Shown here in pieces: positions 38,974 through 53,556 of a DNA stretch of 64,000 nucleotides (positions are counted from its first letter, which is position 1; the number at the start of each line of letters is the position of its first letter). Source of the DNA: a bacterium (GTDB lineage: Bacteria; Patescibacteriota; Minisyncoccia; Phycocordibacterales; Phycocordibacteraceae); the NCBI GenBank assembly GCA_021802705.1, contig JAJZRL010000003.1, forward strand, positions 14,142 through 78,141, given 5' to 3'. The notes beneath the pieces are model-generated. The model saw nothing but the letters and a program-made list of their open reading frames with translations. It searched no databases and had not been told where the DNA came from. The translations under genes and the position numbers were made by a program.

Positions 38974-41895
38974 CTACGCTTCACTGACGATATACCCGAC
39001 AAGATCGCAGTAATCGCAGGCTGCAGGGTCGCAAGACGCGGTAAAAGCGGATCCCTGGACGATGGAGCGCGCCGCATCGGCGAGCTCCGTTTCAAGATCG
39101 GCGACTTCGGCTTCCGTGATGAGGAATCGCCGGGTAATGATATCGCCTTTCTCGTCCGGCTCGACGAAATGGAGCTCGGCCTCGTTCATGACGTAACGCC
39201 CGTCCCTCTCGAGAAGGAGCTTGTAAAAAACGAGCTGGCGATAGTAGTCACCGGTACTCTTTTTCGTAAGACCCTTGATCTCGTTTACGCTTCGTGCCGA
39301 ACCGGTCTTATAGTCAACGACCGTAACGGTTCTTCCATCCGCGTTTGCGTCGATCCGGTCAATTTTTCCGGTAAGCGGGAATTCGCCGACGCCGGGAACG
39401 CCGAAGGGCACCGTTATCGAAAGCTCCGATTCGCGCGTCTCACCGAAAGAATGACCATGCTTGAGAAGGTACGCCGTAAGCGCCGATACGCCGGTCTTTA
39501 TAAGATCGTCTTTTTCCGAAGGAGAGAGCGGCATCCCGGCGATCTCGGAACGGAAAGCGGAAATGGCATCTTCCGCTAAAGCTCCGCCCGCTTTCGCTTT
39601 GTCGGTATACGCTTTCAGACTCGAGTGGATGGCTGTGCCGAAAAGCGCCGGAAGAGAGGGTGTGTCGGGAAGATTGATAAGCGTCCGGAAGTAGTACTGC
39701 CACGGAGAAGCTTTGTAGTTGTTGAAACCGGTCGGAGAGAAACCGCGCGCAAGGAACCGCTCCCTGACGAATTCCGGATCGAGTATGGCGCGCGTCTCGT
39801 AACGAGCAGGCACAAGGCTTTGCGCCGGAGAAAAGTTCCGGGAATTGAGATGGGGCGCGATATCAGCAAGGAAACGCAACGGCGTCTGCACCCGATTTTC
39901 TTCGGTCATTTTCGAATGGATGATAAGAACGCTGTCCTGCGCGCGGGTGAGCGCTACGTACAGAAGCCGCCGGATATCGTGTTCGTCATCCTCCTTCTCA
40001 AGTAAGAGGGAGAATTCGTCGGTCCTCCCGCGCAGCCACTTCTCATCGGTGGCGTGCGCGATAATCACGTGGGGGAACTCGAGACCCTTCGCGGCATGCG
40101 CCGTCATAAGACGGACGCCTGAGTGCCTCGTCCGCGGCCGCTTCACGTCGAGAGAGTGCTTCTCAATGCGTTCGATATGCTCCAGGAAATGAAGCGCGGT
40201 CGCGCTTGGGTCTTCTTTCGCGAGTACGGCAGCTTCGTTCATGAGCCCCTGGTACGCTTCGTAGGCATCTTCGCTTTCCGCCAAGGAGAGGAGACCCTTC
40301 TCGAACCCGCTTACGCGCGCGAGCCGCACAAGCAGAGGAACGAGAGGCGTCGCCGGCGTTTCCTCCGCGATGCCCTTCATATCCCGGATCCATGAACGCA
40401 TCTCCTTATTGCCCTTCTCCGCCAGCACCTCGGCGAGCGGCCTGTCCCTTCTCGGCAACGCGAGGAGCCGCATGCGTTCTTTAAGCGTGCCGGGCATTCC
40501 CGGCATGAAAAGAGCGCGGGCGAGCGGAGCGTCTTCCAGAGAACGGGCGACCGCACGGATAAGTTCGATGAAAAGCAGGGTCGCGGGATGCGAGAGCGCA
40601 TCCATCTCCGCGCTCGCGTGATCTTCGGGGATCCCTGCGGCACGAAGCGCGTCAGCGAGCGCGAGGACGTCGGCGTTCTTCTTGGTCAGAACCGCTATTG
40701 CATCGTACGGCGTTCCGGAAGCGTGCAGCTGGCTTATGTGCGAACCTATCGCTTCCAGCTCTTCGCGGGGCGTAGAGCACTCGACCTCTTCGATCGTCCC
40801 TCCTTCGCCGCGCGCGGCATGAAGCATGGGGCGGAGCGCCGGATCCGGTATCGGGGCGGGCGCAATGAGGTCATGCGCGGCCGCGAGAATACCCGCGGTC
40901 GAACGGTAATTCTCATTGAGAGAGATGACTTTCGCGTCCGGATATTTCTCCTTGAAATAAAAAAACGACGCAAGCGATGCTCCCTGGAAACGATAGATCG
41001 CCTGCTTCTCGTCGCCGACGATAAAAAGGTTGGGCGCGCCGTCAAAATCGGTTACAAGCTCGAGGAGGCGGTTTTGGGCAGGATTCGCATCCTGGTGTTC
41101 GTCGGCAAGGACGAATTGCGACCGCTCGCCCACATACGAGCGGAACTCTTCATCGGTCTCGAGCCCGCGAATGGCCTCGCTGATGAGATCTTCGTAGTCA
41201 TAGAGCGACTCGCGCTCAAGCGCCATCTCGTATGCCGAAAAAAGACGTGCGACTTCGATATGCTTCTCGATGCGTTCGCGCCGGCGGGCATGCTCGCCCT
41301 TTTCCCGGCCTGCGTATTGCCCGGCCGCATGAATGCGGTCGGGGTCGGCAAGCACGCTTTCGTGCTCGCGCGTAAGATCGGAAAGATACCGCTCCGGCGT
41401 GTAGTGCTCTTGTTTGAGCTTGGCCATGAAAGCAAAGAGGCTTTTTGCCGCGCGGTACGGATCTTTCGGGTTGCGTATTTTTGCGTATGATCCCTCGTCA
41501 AGGAGCTTTTCCATAAGCGCGATGCCGCGCACCGGAGAGAGGTGGGTACCGAGCGCGACGCGCGGGAAAAGGTCCGGGCGCAGCTCGAGTATCGAACGGG
41601 CAAAGCCGTGGAACGTGTTGATGCGGACACGGTATGCGGCCGTACCGATAAAATGAACGAGCCGCGCGCGGAGCGCGGCTGCCGCGCCGTCAGTAAAAGT
41701 GAGCGCAAGGATCTCGTCCGGCTTCGCTCCGGTTGCTTTGAGCAGGATATTCCCTATGCGGAGCGCGAGCACCTGCGTTTTCCCCGTACCGGGGCCCGCG
41801 ATGACGAGTACCGGGCCATAGAGAGCGTCTACCGCTTCTTTCTGCTTCGCATTCAGTTTCCGGTATGCTTCTTCGAAAACGGGCGTTGTGATCAT
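38974..41895 (-). CDS. UvrD/PcrA-family helicase fused to PD-(D/E)XK nuclease
   Basis: AGPGTGKT, DEHQD, GDEKQAIY.F.G, YVALTRA, GKIDRID...DYKTG, QL.FY, C-terminal Cys. Confidence 0.92.
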   Translation of the reverse strand: MITTPVFEEAYRKLNAKQKEAVDALYGPVLVIAGPGTGKTQVLALRIGNILLKATGAKPDEILALTFTDGAAAALRARLVHFIGTAAYRVRINTFHGFARSILELRPDLFPRVALGTHLSPVRGIALMEKLLDEGSYAKIRNPKDPYRAAKSLFAFMAKLKQEHYTPERYLSDLTREHESVLADPDRIHAAGQYAGREKGEHARRRERIEKHIEVARLFSAYEMALERESLYDYEDLISEAIRGLETDEEFRSYVGERSQFVLADEHQDANPAQNRLLELVTDFDGAPNLFIVGDEKQAIYRFQGASLASFFYFKEKYPDAKVISLNENYRSTAGILAAAHDLIAPAPIPDPALRPMLHAARGEGGTIEEVECSTPREELEAIGSHISQLHASGTPYDAIAVLTKKNADVLALADALRAAGIPEDHASAEMDALSHPATLLFIELIRAVARSLEDAPLARALFMPGMPGTLKERMRLLALPRRDRPLAEVLAEKGNKEMRSWIRDMKGIAEETPATPLVPLLVRLARVSGFEKGLLSLAESEDAYEAYQGLMNEAAVLAKEDPSATALHFLEHIERIEKHSLDVKRPRTRHSGVRLMTAHAAKGLEFPHVIIAHATDEKWLRGRTDEFSLLLEKEDDEHDIRRLLYVALTRAQDSVLIIHSKMTEENRVQTPLRFLADIAPHLNSRNFSPAQSLVPARYETRAILDPEFVRERFLARGFSPTGFNNYKASPWQYYFRTLINLPDTPSLPALFGTAIHSSLKAYTDKAKAGGALAEDAISAFRSEIAGMPLSPSEKDDLIKTGVSALTAYLLKHGHSFGETRESELSITVPFGVPGVGEFPLTGKIDRIDANADGRTVTVVDYKTGSARSVNEIKGLTKKSTGDYYRQLVFYKLLLERDGRYVMNEAELHFVEPDEKGDIITRRFLITEAEVADLETELADAARSIVQGSAFTASCDPAACDYCDLVGYIVSEA

Positions 41896-41981
41896 ATCGT
41901 TAGTCTAACGTATCTCTTTCTTTTAGACGGAGGGGGCAGAACGGCATGCCGCCGCACACGGAAAGGCCGATAGGCAGTTTT

Positions 41982-43241
41982 TTAATATGACTTCAGGTGC
42001 CTCGCCTTGTCATGGAAGCGGATCTTTTCAAGCGCTTTCGATTCGATCTGCCGGATGCGTTCGCGCGTGACACCGAACTCTTTTCCGACTTCTTCGAGAG
42101 TGTGGTAGATGCCGTCCATGAGGCCGTGGCGCATCTCGAGGATCTTACGCTCTTTCGGAGAAAGGTCGTTCAGGATGGAGCGCACCTGTTCCGCGAGGAT
42201 GCGCTCGGAAGACTCCTGTATAGGCGACGGGATCTTGTCGTCGGGGATGAAATCCCCGAGAGTCGACTTCTCGTCGTCGTCGGAGCCGATGGGGTTCTCG
42301 AGAGAAAGCGTGTCCTGGTTGATCTTCTCGATCTGGTAAACCTTCTCGGGCTCCACTCCCATTTCGACGGCGATCTCTTCCGGCTGGGGATCACGGCCGA
42401 GCACCTGAGCGAGACGGCGCGAGACCTGCTTGTATTTTGCGATGGTTTCCACCATATGCACAGGGATGCGGATGGTGCGGGACTGGTCTGCAAGAGCGCG
42501 CGTGATCGCCTGGCGGATCCACCAGGTCGCATAGGTTGAGAATTTGTATCCCTTTTTCCAGTCGAACTTGTCCACTGCGCGGAAAAGACCAAGATTGCCT
42601 TCCTGGATGAGGTCGAGGAGCGTGAGGTCGGGACTGCGGCCGACGTATTTCTTCGCTATAGAAACCACGAGACGGAGATTGCTGCGTGCAAGGATGTTGC
42701 GCGCTTCCGCGTCGCCTTTCTCTATGCGTTTCGCGAGCTCGCGCTCTTCGGCGGCGACAAGGAGCGGGTACTGGCCGATCTCGCGAAGATATATCTGTAT
42801 GGAATCGTAACTTGATGAGTGGCGGTCTTTGATGTTGCGCGCCGCGAGATACTCGTCAGCGGTGTCCTCGAGCATGCCGCCTTCGAGCACGTCAACGCCG
42901 GCTGCGGAAAACCGCTCGTAGAGCGATTCGAGGAAATCGACATCGTTCTCCACATGAGGGAACGATTTCAATATTTCGCTATAGGTTACATATCCGCGCT
43001 CCTTCCCCTTCTCTATGAGCTGCTCCGCCGAGAGGACCTTCTGCGATAATTCTTTCGCTTTCGCGCTTCGCACGGCGGTGCGGACAATGCGCTTCGTCCG
43101 TACGGTTTTCGCTTTTGCCGTCTTCGTCCGTGCGGCACGGACGGTTTTCGTCGCCGTCTTCTTTTTCTTAAGCGGGCGCCGTACAACGGCCTTTTTCAAG
43201 GTCTTCTGAACGCTCTTTTTCTTTTTCGCGTGCATCGTCAT
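41982..43241 (-). CDS. rpoD: RNA polymerase primary sigma factor
   Basis: [44 protein letters not shown]; Lys-rich N-terminus. Confidence 0.96.
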   Translation of the reverse strand: MTMHAKKKKSVQKTLKKAVVRRPLKKKKTATKTVRAARTKTAKAKTVRTKRIVRTAVRSAKAKELSQKVLSAEQLIEKGKERGYVTYSEILKSFPHVENDVDFLESLYERFSAAGVDVLEGGMLEDTADEYLAARNIKDRHSSSYDSIQIYLREIGQYPLLVAAEERELAKRIEKGDAEARNILARSNLRLVVSIAKKYVGRSPDLTLLDLIQEGNLGLFRAVDKFDWKKGYKFSTYATWWIRQAITRALADQSRTIRIPVHMVETIAKYKQVSRRLAQVLGRDPQPEEIAVEMGVEPEKVYQIEKINQDTLSLENPIGSDDDEKSTLGDFIPDDKIPSPIQESSERILAEQVRSILNDLSPKERKILEMRHGLMDGIYHTLEEVGKEFGVTRERIRQIESKALEKIRFHDKARHLKSY

Positions 43242-43280
43242 ATAAAAATGAAATGATGGTGATAAAAGGGTACGGAAGTA

Positions 43281-44990
43281 TCAGCGCCCGAGCGCAGCGA
43301 GACGCGTAGAAAGCTTTGCACATGCCGCCTGGGCATCTTCGATCGCGGATGCATCCCTCCCCGTTTCGGCCATGCGCAGGGTTCCCACTGCTTGTTGATA
43401 CGCTTCGCGAACAACCGCTTCTTCAAAAGCGCGAAGAAGCTCGTCCGCAGCATCCTCGTGAGGATCCGCACCGAATGTCTGCTCCGCCATAAAGAGAGCC
43501 GACTCCGGGGGTGTGTCAAGCGGAAATTGGTGAGCTTCGGTAATTCGACAATACTCTGATTCTATGCGATGCGCAAGCGGGGTATCGGGATAGGCGTGGA
43601 AAACGGCGAGGAGCTGCTCGGAACGGATATCCCTGGAGGAGCGTGCGACGGTCGCCGGAGAGACGTCGTATCTCTGCGGTATTTTCGCGGATACCGAGCC
43701 CGACGACTTCCTCAATGATTCTCCGACCGTCTCGCTTGAAAGCCCGAGCGCGCGCGCGGTGATCTGTATGAAATGTTCGCGCTCCATCGGGCTCTGGATA
43801 GCCGAGATGAGCGGGAGCACCGTCTGTTCGACAACGCGCAAAAGCCGGTGAGGATCACGCTCGCTCTCGGTAAGCTCGGCAAGGAAAAACTCGATGATCG
43901 ATTCCGCCGAGGCTATGCAGCGTGAAAAGGATTTCGGATCGTCGGCGACGAGATCCGCGGGATCCTTCCCTTTCGGAAGCCGGGCCGCTTTGACCTGCAG
44001 TCCGTTTCGGAGCGCTAATGCGGCTGATTTCGCTGTCGCGGCAAGACCGGCCTTATCGGCGTCAAGGACAAGCATGAGGTTTCCGCTGTAACGTTTGAAT
44101 ATCGCGATATGCTTCTCGGAAAGCGCCGTTCCGGAGAGCGCGACGACGTTTGAAAATCCGGCCTGATGCGCGAGCAATACGTCCATCTGTCCTTCGACGA
44201 GTATGCCAAAACCGCGAACGCGTATCGCGTCCTTTGCGGTATCCATGCCGAAGAGAATCTCGGACTTCCTGTACAACTCCGTTTCCGGGCTGTTGAGGTA
44301 TTTTGCCGGTTCAGGCTCCGACCCTTCCGGCTCCGGCTTCGGAGAAGGTATGGTGCGGCCGGTAAATCCGACGACACGGCCGGCCGTATCGCGTATCGGA
44401 AACATGAGCCGATTGCGGAACCGGTCATAGAATGTCCCCCGTTTCCCGTCAGCTTCTTTCACGAGCCCCGCCTCCGCGAGTTCGGCTACCGTAAAGCCTT
44501 CTGATGAGAGAGCGGTGAGGAGCTCGCGCCACGCGGGCGGAGCGTAACCGATGCGCCATTGGGCGAGGGTTTCATCGCGGAGCCCTCGCTGCACGGCATA
44601 CGCGTGAGCCGGGCTTCCGGAAAGCCGTCCGGCGTACCACTCGCTCGCCCGGCTGAGCGCTTCACGCAACCGCTCGGCGTGTGAGCGGCTTGCGCTGTCG
44701 AAACCGCTCTTGAGTTCGACACCTGCCTTTTCGGCAAGGATCTTTAAGCTCCCCTTGAAATCGACTCCTTCGATCTTCTCTATGAAAGAGAATCCGTCGC
44801 CGCCAAGCCCGCAACCGAAACAGTGCCACGTGCCGCGCTCGGGACTCACGTGGAAGGACGGGGTTTTCTCCTTATGAAAAGGACAAAGCCCGCGAAGCGA
44901 CTTCCCTGCCCGCGAAAGCTTGACATACGGGCTTATGATATCCTGGATACTCAATCGCTCCTTAATCTCTGTGGCCGTGTCGGTTGCCAT
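43281..44990 (-). CDS. dnaG: DNA primase
   Basis: CPFH.EKTPSF...CFGC zinc finger, KYLNSPET, EG.MD, D.D.AG, KDPAD. Confidence 0.97.
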   Translation of the reverse strand: MATDTATEIKERLSIQDIISPYVKLSRAGKSLRGLCPFHKEKTPSFHVSPERGTWHCFGCGLGGDGFSFIEKIEGVDFKGSLKILAEKAGVELKSGFDSASRSHAERLREALSRASEWYAGRLSGSPAHAYAVQRGLRDETLAQWRIGYAPPAWRELLTALSSEGFTVAELAEAGLVKEADGKRGTFYDRFRNRLMFPIRDTAGRVVGFTGRTIPSPKPEPEGSEPEPAKYLNSPETELYRKSEILFGMDTAKDAIRVRGFGILVEGQMDVLLAHQAGFSNVVALSGTALSEKHIAIFKRYSGNLMLVLDADKAGLAATAKSAALALRNGLQVKAARLPKGKDPADLVADDPKSFSRCIASAESIIEFFLAELTESERDPHRLLRVVEQTVLPLISAIQSPMEREHFIQITARALGLSSETVGESLRKSSGSVSAKIPQRYDVSPATVARSSRDIRSEQLLAVFHAYPDTPLAHRIESEYCRITEAHQFPLDTPPESALFMAEQTFGADPHEDAADELLRAFEEAVVREAYQQAVGTLRMAETGRDASAIEDAQAACAKLSTRLAALGR

Positions 44991-45112
44991 CCCTTTTATT
45001 CTACCGTCAATAGAGCTTTTTCGTAATAAATGGCGTCCTCGGGGCAATAGACAACGAAATTGACATTGATATCAACTTGTTTCTCTTCAAGAAAATGCCT
45101 TACTGTACCAAT

Positions 45113-45352
45113 CGCAATTTGTGCGGCTTCGGTTTACTGACTAGCTACGATCAAGGAATTTCTGTAGCAATTGGCGGGAACGCGTGACTCCTCACCTGCC
45201 ATTTCCCCCATAAACGGGCCCGACTGTATGAATCACGTATTTTGCAGGCAATCTGTAGCCCTTGGTGATTTTTACCTCGCCAGTCTCATACAAGGAATTG
45301 TTGGCAGCATTATTCTTGATAGTGCGACGCCGAAAGACGAGTGTCGGGGCAA
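45113..45352 (+). ncRNA. candidate structured non-coding RNA (unclassified; strand uncertain)
   Basis: Nested complementary segments (ATCAAGGAAT/ATTCTTGAT, CTGTAGCAATT/AATTGTTGGCAG, TGTATGA/TCATACA, AATCAC/GTGATT) between a promoter-like sequence and a terminator. Confidence 0.45.
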
Positions 45353-45355
45353 AGA

Positions 45356-45381
45356 AAAACGCCCCGTTAGGGGCATTTTTC
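45356..45381. terminator. bidirectional terminator downstream of rpoC
   Basis: AAAAACGCCCC-GTTA-GGGGCATTTTT. Confidence 0.7.
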
Positions 45382-45405
45382 GCTGTCTGATTTTACTGCG
45401 AGCGA

Positions 45406-49137
<3,732 letters not shown>

Positions 49138-49167
49138 AGGGATGTGAAAAGGTTGCGGATAATAACG

Positions 49168-52100
49168 TTATGCGTCCGACGTATCGGCCGGCGGCAGGTT
49201 CATAGGCTCGACATCGAGCGCGAGGCCTCGGATCTGGTTGGTAAGGACGGAGAACGACGCGGGCGTGCCGGTATGGCTTATCGTCTCGTCTTTCACGATC
49301 GCGTCGAATGCGGCCGAACGGCCCTGTATATCGTCTGATTTTATGGTGAGCATCTCGCGAAGCGTATATGCGGCGCCGTAGCCGAGAAGCGCCCATACTT
49401 CCATTTCGCCGAAGCGCTGGCCTCCGTTTTGCGCCTTCCCTCCCAAGGGCTGCTGGGTGATGAGGCTGTAGGGACCGATGGAACGCATGTGGATCTTGTC
49501 TTCCACCATGTGATGGAGCTTGAGGATGTACATGTAACCGACCGCTATCTCCTGAGCGAACGCGTCGCCCGTGCGGCCATCGTAAAGCTTCATTTTTCCG
49601 CTCCGGGAAAAACCGGCAGCCTGGAGTTCATCGCGTATCTCGTCCGCGGTCGCTCCCGCAAACGGCGGTACGATCGCCTGATAGCCGAGCGTGTGCGCGG
49701 CAAGGCCGAGATGCATCTCGAGAATCTGCCCGAGATTCATACGGGAAGGAACGCCGAGCGGGGTGAGAAGGATATCGACCGGATTGCCGTCCTTGTCATA
49801 GGGCATGTCGGCAACCGGCAGGACGCGGCTGATAACGCCCTTGTTGCCGTGGCGGCCGGCGAGCTTGTCGCCGACAGAGACGTTCCGCACCTGAGCGACC
49901 GTAACGATTATCTTCTTGATGATGCCGCTTTCGAGCTGATCGCCTTTTTCTCTCGAGAAGACGCGTACCCCGATGACGCGTCCGCGCTTCCCGCCTTCCA
50001 TGCGAAGGCTCGTGTCTTTCACGTCTTTCGCCTTATCTCCGAAAATGGAACGGAGAAGACGCTCTTCGGGCGTAAGCTGCGTTTCGCCCTTCGGGGTTAC
50101 CTTGCCGACGAGAATGTCACCCGGACGAACCTCTGCGCCGATGCGGATGACCCCTTCTTCGTCGAGATTCTTCAGCCGCAGTTCGCCGACGTTCGGTATG
50201 TCGTGCGTCGTCGTCTCAGGACCGAGCTTCGTGTCGCGGACGATGCAGTCGAAATCTTCGATATGGACCGTTGTGAATTTTGCGTCCTCGACGAGCCGTT
50301 CGGAGATGACGATAGCGTCCTCGTAATTCGCGCCGTTCCAGCTCATGAACGCTACGCGCACGTTCTGGCCCAAGGCGAGCTGTCCCTGGTCGGTCGAAGA
50401 GTTGTCGGCGAGCACGTCGCCCTTCTTCACCTTCTCGCCTACGCGTACGCTCGGTCGCTGCATGAACGCCGAGTTCTGGTTGGTTTGAGTGAGCCCTTGA
50501 AGCCGGTATTCTTTCGCCTTCTCGTCTTTGTTCTTCACGACGATTGCGCGCGCGTCGACATAGGTGACCTCGCCGGCCTCTTCGGCGAGGATGAGGCGGC
50601 CGGTGCTGCGTGCGGCATGCGCTTCAACGCCTGTCGCGACAAGGGGAGCCTCGGGGATAAGAACCGGCGTCGCCTGCTTCTGCATGTTGCTGCCCATGAG
50701 CGCGCGGTTCGCGTCGTCATGATTGACGAACGGGATCATCGACGTCGCGATAGAGAACATCTGGTATGTGGACGCGTCCATGAGCGTGACGGCCTCGCGC
50801 GCGACGATGACCGGCTCGCCTTTATGGCGCGCCTCGACGGAGTCAGGGACGATGCGACCGTCGTCATCGAGCTTGGTCGCACCGTGCGCGATGATCTCGT
50901 TCTCTTCATCGAGCGCGTTTAGATAAACGATGTCGCCGCTCGCCTTGCCGTTCTTTACCCGGACATACGGCGTTTCGATGACGCCAAAATCGTTCGTACG
51001 CGCATGCGTCGCCATGTGCAGGATAAGGCCGATATTCTGGCCCTCCGGCGTATGGATAGGACAGAGGCGTCCGTAATGAGAGGGATGGACGTCACGCACC
51101 TCGAAACCGGCGCGCTCGCGCGTAAGCCCTCCTGGGCCGAGCGCCGAGAACGTACGCATGTTTTCCAGTTCGGCAAGGATGTTCTGCTGATCCATGAACT
51201 GCGAGAGCTGGTTCGCCGTGAAGAACTCGTGGACTGATGCCTGGAAAGGACGCGGGTTCACGAGCGCCATGGGGAGCGTTGTCTCGCTCTCGATGGTCGA
51301 CATGCGATCCTGGATGTTGCGTTTCATTCGGCTCATGCCGATACGCATGCGCGACTGGAGCAGCTCGCCGACAAACCGCACGCGACGGAAGCCGAGGTGG
51401 TCGATATCGTCGGGACGCGCGGACGGATCCTCGTTCAGCGCCGTGATCTCCTTTATGATGCGTACAAAGTCCGCAAGTGAGAGCGTGCGCTTCTCGAGCG
51501 CCTTCTCTGATGTCGGAAGACCGAATCGCGCATTCAGCCGGTGCCGGCCCACCTTGCCCAGGTCATACCGTTCGGCGGAGAAAAGCGCCTGTACGAAGTT
51601 CTTCGCGTTCTCCGGAGTCGTGAGATCGCCGTCGCGCATGCGGCGGTGGATCTCGATGTACGCCTCTTCGATCGACTTCGCTTCGTCATGCACGAGCGTC
51701 GCCTGCAGTGCCGCGAGCGCGCGCGGATCGTCTTCAAAATGCTTGAGCGCCGCTTCTCTTATGCCGCCGCCGAAAACCGTGAGGAGTTCGGTAATAGGAA
51801 ACTTCCGTTTCCGATCGATCCTCACGAAAATGGCTCCGTCGGCCTCCGAGTCGATCTCGATCCAGACGCCCCGAAGCGGGATGATTTTTGCGCCGAAATA
51901 CTGTCTGCCGCGTATGATCTCGGAAACAAAGAATGCTCCGAAAGAACGGGCGAGCTGCGGCACGATGGCGCGCTCGACGCCCGAGACGATGAAAGAGCCG
52001 TGCGGCGTCATGATTGGCATGTCCGCAAGGAATAATTCTTGTGATTTCTCAGACCCGAGCGTCTTGTTGATGAGTTTGATCGAAGCTTTTATCGGCGCTT

Positions 52101-52350
52101 CATACGTGCGCATGTTTTCGCGGGCAAACCCCTCATCGTACTTCGGCTCGCCCATTTCGAGATTTTCGAAATGAAGCTCGAACTTCCTCCCGGAATAGTC
52201 GGTAATCGGCGAGAACTCTTTCAACAGCTCCTTAAAACCATCCTTGAGGAGCCAGTCGAACGAGACGCGCTGATGTCCCACGAGATCAGGAAATGACACG
52301 AGTGGTGCTCGATAAGCGCCGAACGTTTTTTGGACGAGGTTCTTATGCAT
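49168..52350 (-). CDS. rpoB: RNA polymerase beta subunit
   Basis: RDVHPSHYGR, GDKLAGRHGNKGV, GGQRFGEME. Confidence 0.98.
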   Translation of the reverse strand: MHKNLVQKTFGAYRAPLVSFPDLVGHQRVSFDWLLKDGFKELLKEFSPITDYSGRKFELHFENLEMGEPKYDEGFARENMRTYEAPIKASIKLINKTLGSEKSQELFLADMPIMTPHGSFIVSGVERAIVPQLARSFGAFFVSEIIRGRQYFGAKIIPLRGVWIEIDSEADGAIFVRIDRKRKFPITELLTVFGGGIREAALKHFEDDPRALAALQATLVHDEAKSIEEAYIEIHRRMRDGDLTTPENAKNFVQALFSAERYDLGKVGRHRLNARFGLPTSEKALEKRTLSLADFVRIIKEITALNEDPSARPDDIDHLGFRRVRFVGELLQSRMRIGMSRMKRNIQDRMSTIESETTLPMALVNPRPFQASVHEFFTANQLSQFMDQQNILAELENMRTFSALGPGGLTRERAGFEVRDVHPSHYGRLCPIHTPEGQNIGLILHMATHARTNDFGVIETPYVRVKNGKASGDIVYLNALDEENEIIAHGATKLDDDGRIVPDSVEARHKGEPVIVAREAVTLMDASTYQMFSIATSMIPFVNHDDANRALMGSNMQKQATPVLIPEAPLVATGVEAHAARSTGRLILAEEAGEVTYVDARAIVVKNKDEKAKEYRLQGLTQTNQNSAFMQRPSVRVGEKVKKGDVLADNSSTDQGQLALGQNVRVAFMSWNGANYEDAIVISERLVEDAKFTTVHIEDFDCIVRDTKLGPETTTHDIPNVGELRLKNLDEEGVIRIGAEVRPGDILVGKVTPKGETQLTPEERLLRSIFGDKAKDVKDTSLRMEGGKRGRVIGVRVFSREKGDQLESGIIKKIIVTVAQVRNVSVGDKLAGRHGNKGVISRVLPVADMPYDKDGNPVDILLTPLGVPSRMNLGQILEMHLGLAAHTLGYQAIVPPFAGATADEIRDELQAAGFSRSGKMKLYDGRTGDAFAQEIAVGYMYILKLHHMVEDKIHMRSIGPYSLITQQPLGGKAQNGGQRFGEMEVWALLGYGAAYTLREMLTIKSDDIQGRSAAFDAIVKDETISHTGTPASFSVLTNQIRGLALDVEPMNLPPADTSDA

Positions 52351-52540
52351 GATCGTTGACGGGTGAAGCAAACCGAATAATGAATGAAAATCTTATATAA
52401 ATACAAACGCACGGACACGAATCCGCTCTCGCGTTTTTCCAGCTCACTTATATGCAAGTTGTCGCCCTCCGTGACTCACTCGTATCTGATGCCTGTAGTG
52501 TACCAGACCACCCCTCCCGAGCGCAAGCGGTTGGGGATAA

Positions 52541-53191
52541 TCACTTCTTGGATCGCCAGGAATCGATCTTCGCGTGATGGCCGGTCTTAAGGACGGCGGG
52601 AATCTTGTACTTTTTCTTTTTATACAAAATAGTTTCGGGGCGGGTGTAGACGGCGGCGGAGGCGATGCGACGCTCTTCGACGGAAGCGTCCTTGCCGAGG
52701 ACGCCCGGGAGGCGGCGGGTCACCGCGTCGACGACCGCCATTGCCGGGAGCTCGCCGCCGGTATAGACAGCTTCGCCGACCGCATATTCTTTCACCGGCG
52801 CGACGGTCTTTAGGATTTTTTTCGCGCGTTCATCGATGCCTTCGTACCGCCCGCAGACAAGCACGATATCGTGATATCGCGCGAGCCTGTCGGCTTCTTT
52901 GTTGGTAAATTGCTTCGCGCTCGGGCTAAACCAGACGATGACGCTCTTTTCTTTCTTCTTGCCTCCAAGCGCCTTTGTGACCGCTCTCACCACCGGCATA
53001 GCCTGCATCACCATGCCCGGCCCGCCGCCATACGGACGTTCATCGACTTTCCCCCACGCGTTATCGACGAAATCGCGCGGATTCCGATACGCTATCGATA
53101 CTTTCTTCCCTTTTCGGGCACGACCGAGAATGGACGCCGAAAGATATGCTTCGCACGCCTCCTCGAAAAGAGTGATGATGTGGAGTTTCAC
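52541..53191 (-). CDS. trmD: tRNA (guanine37-N1)-methyltransferase
   Basis: VDERPYGGGPGMV, CGRYEGIDER, GGELPA, YTRP. Confidence 0.96.
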   Translation of the reverse strand: MKLHIITLFEEACEAYLSASILGRARKGKKVSIAYRNPRDFVDNAWGKVDERPYGGGPGMVMQAMPVVRAVTKALGGKKKEKSVIVWFSPSAKQFTNKEADRLARYHDIVLVCGRYEGIDERAKKILKTVAPVKEYAVGEAVYTGGELPAMAVVDAVTRRLPGVLGKDASVEERRIASAAVYTRPETILYKKKKYKIPAVLKTGHHAKIDSWRSKK

Positions 53192-53193
53192 GC

Positions 53194-53490
53194 TTACAGC
53201 TCGTCGACTACCTGATCGACGGTTTTCTCATGCTCGCGAGGGCTACCGACCGGCTCATTGATCTTCAGATTGACGCGAGCGCTGCTTTTCATCCCGACAA
53301 CCCTCAAGAGGATACGGAGCGCCTCGGCGGTCTTGCCGCTCTTCCCGATGATCTTGCCCATGTCGTCCGGATGCACGGTGAGCGTGAGGAGTACGCCCAT
53401 CTGATCAATGGTGCGAGTCGTCTCGACCGCTTCGGGATGATCGACAAGCGCACGCACTGCGTATTCGAGAAATGCTTGGTCTGGTTCCAT
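53194..53490 (-). CDS. khpA: KH-domain RNA-binding protein
   Basis: DMGKIIGKSG; lies between rpsP and trmD. Confidence 0.9.
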   Translation of the reverse strand: MEPDQAFLEYAVRALVDHPEAVETTRTIDQMGVLLTLTVHPDDMGKIIGKSGKTAEALRILLRVVGMKSSARVNLKINEPVGSPREHEKTVDQVVDEL

Positions 53491-53556
53491 GGTGAAGATT
53501 TTAACACTTCTGACCTCTCCTCTGTATGCGTGGAGGGGCGGGCGGCCCCTCTCCGC

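Noticed and set aside
52532-52540. DnaA-box-like TTATCCCCA (minus strand) upstream of rpoB
   Set aside because: Single imperfect match with no cluster; insufficient evidence for an origin or regulatory site
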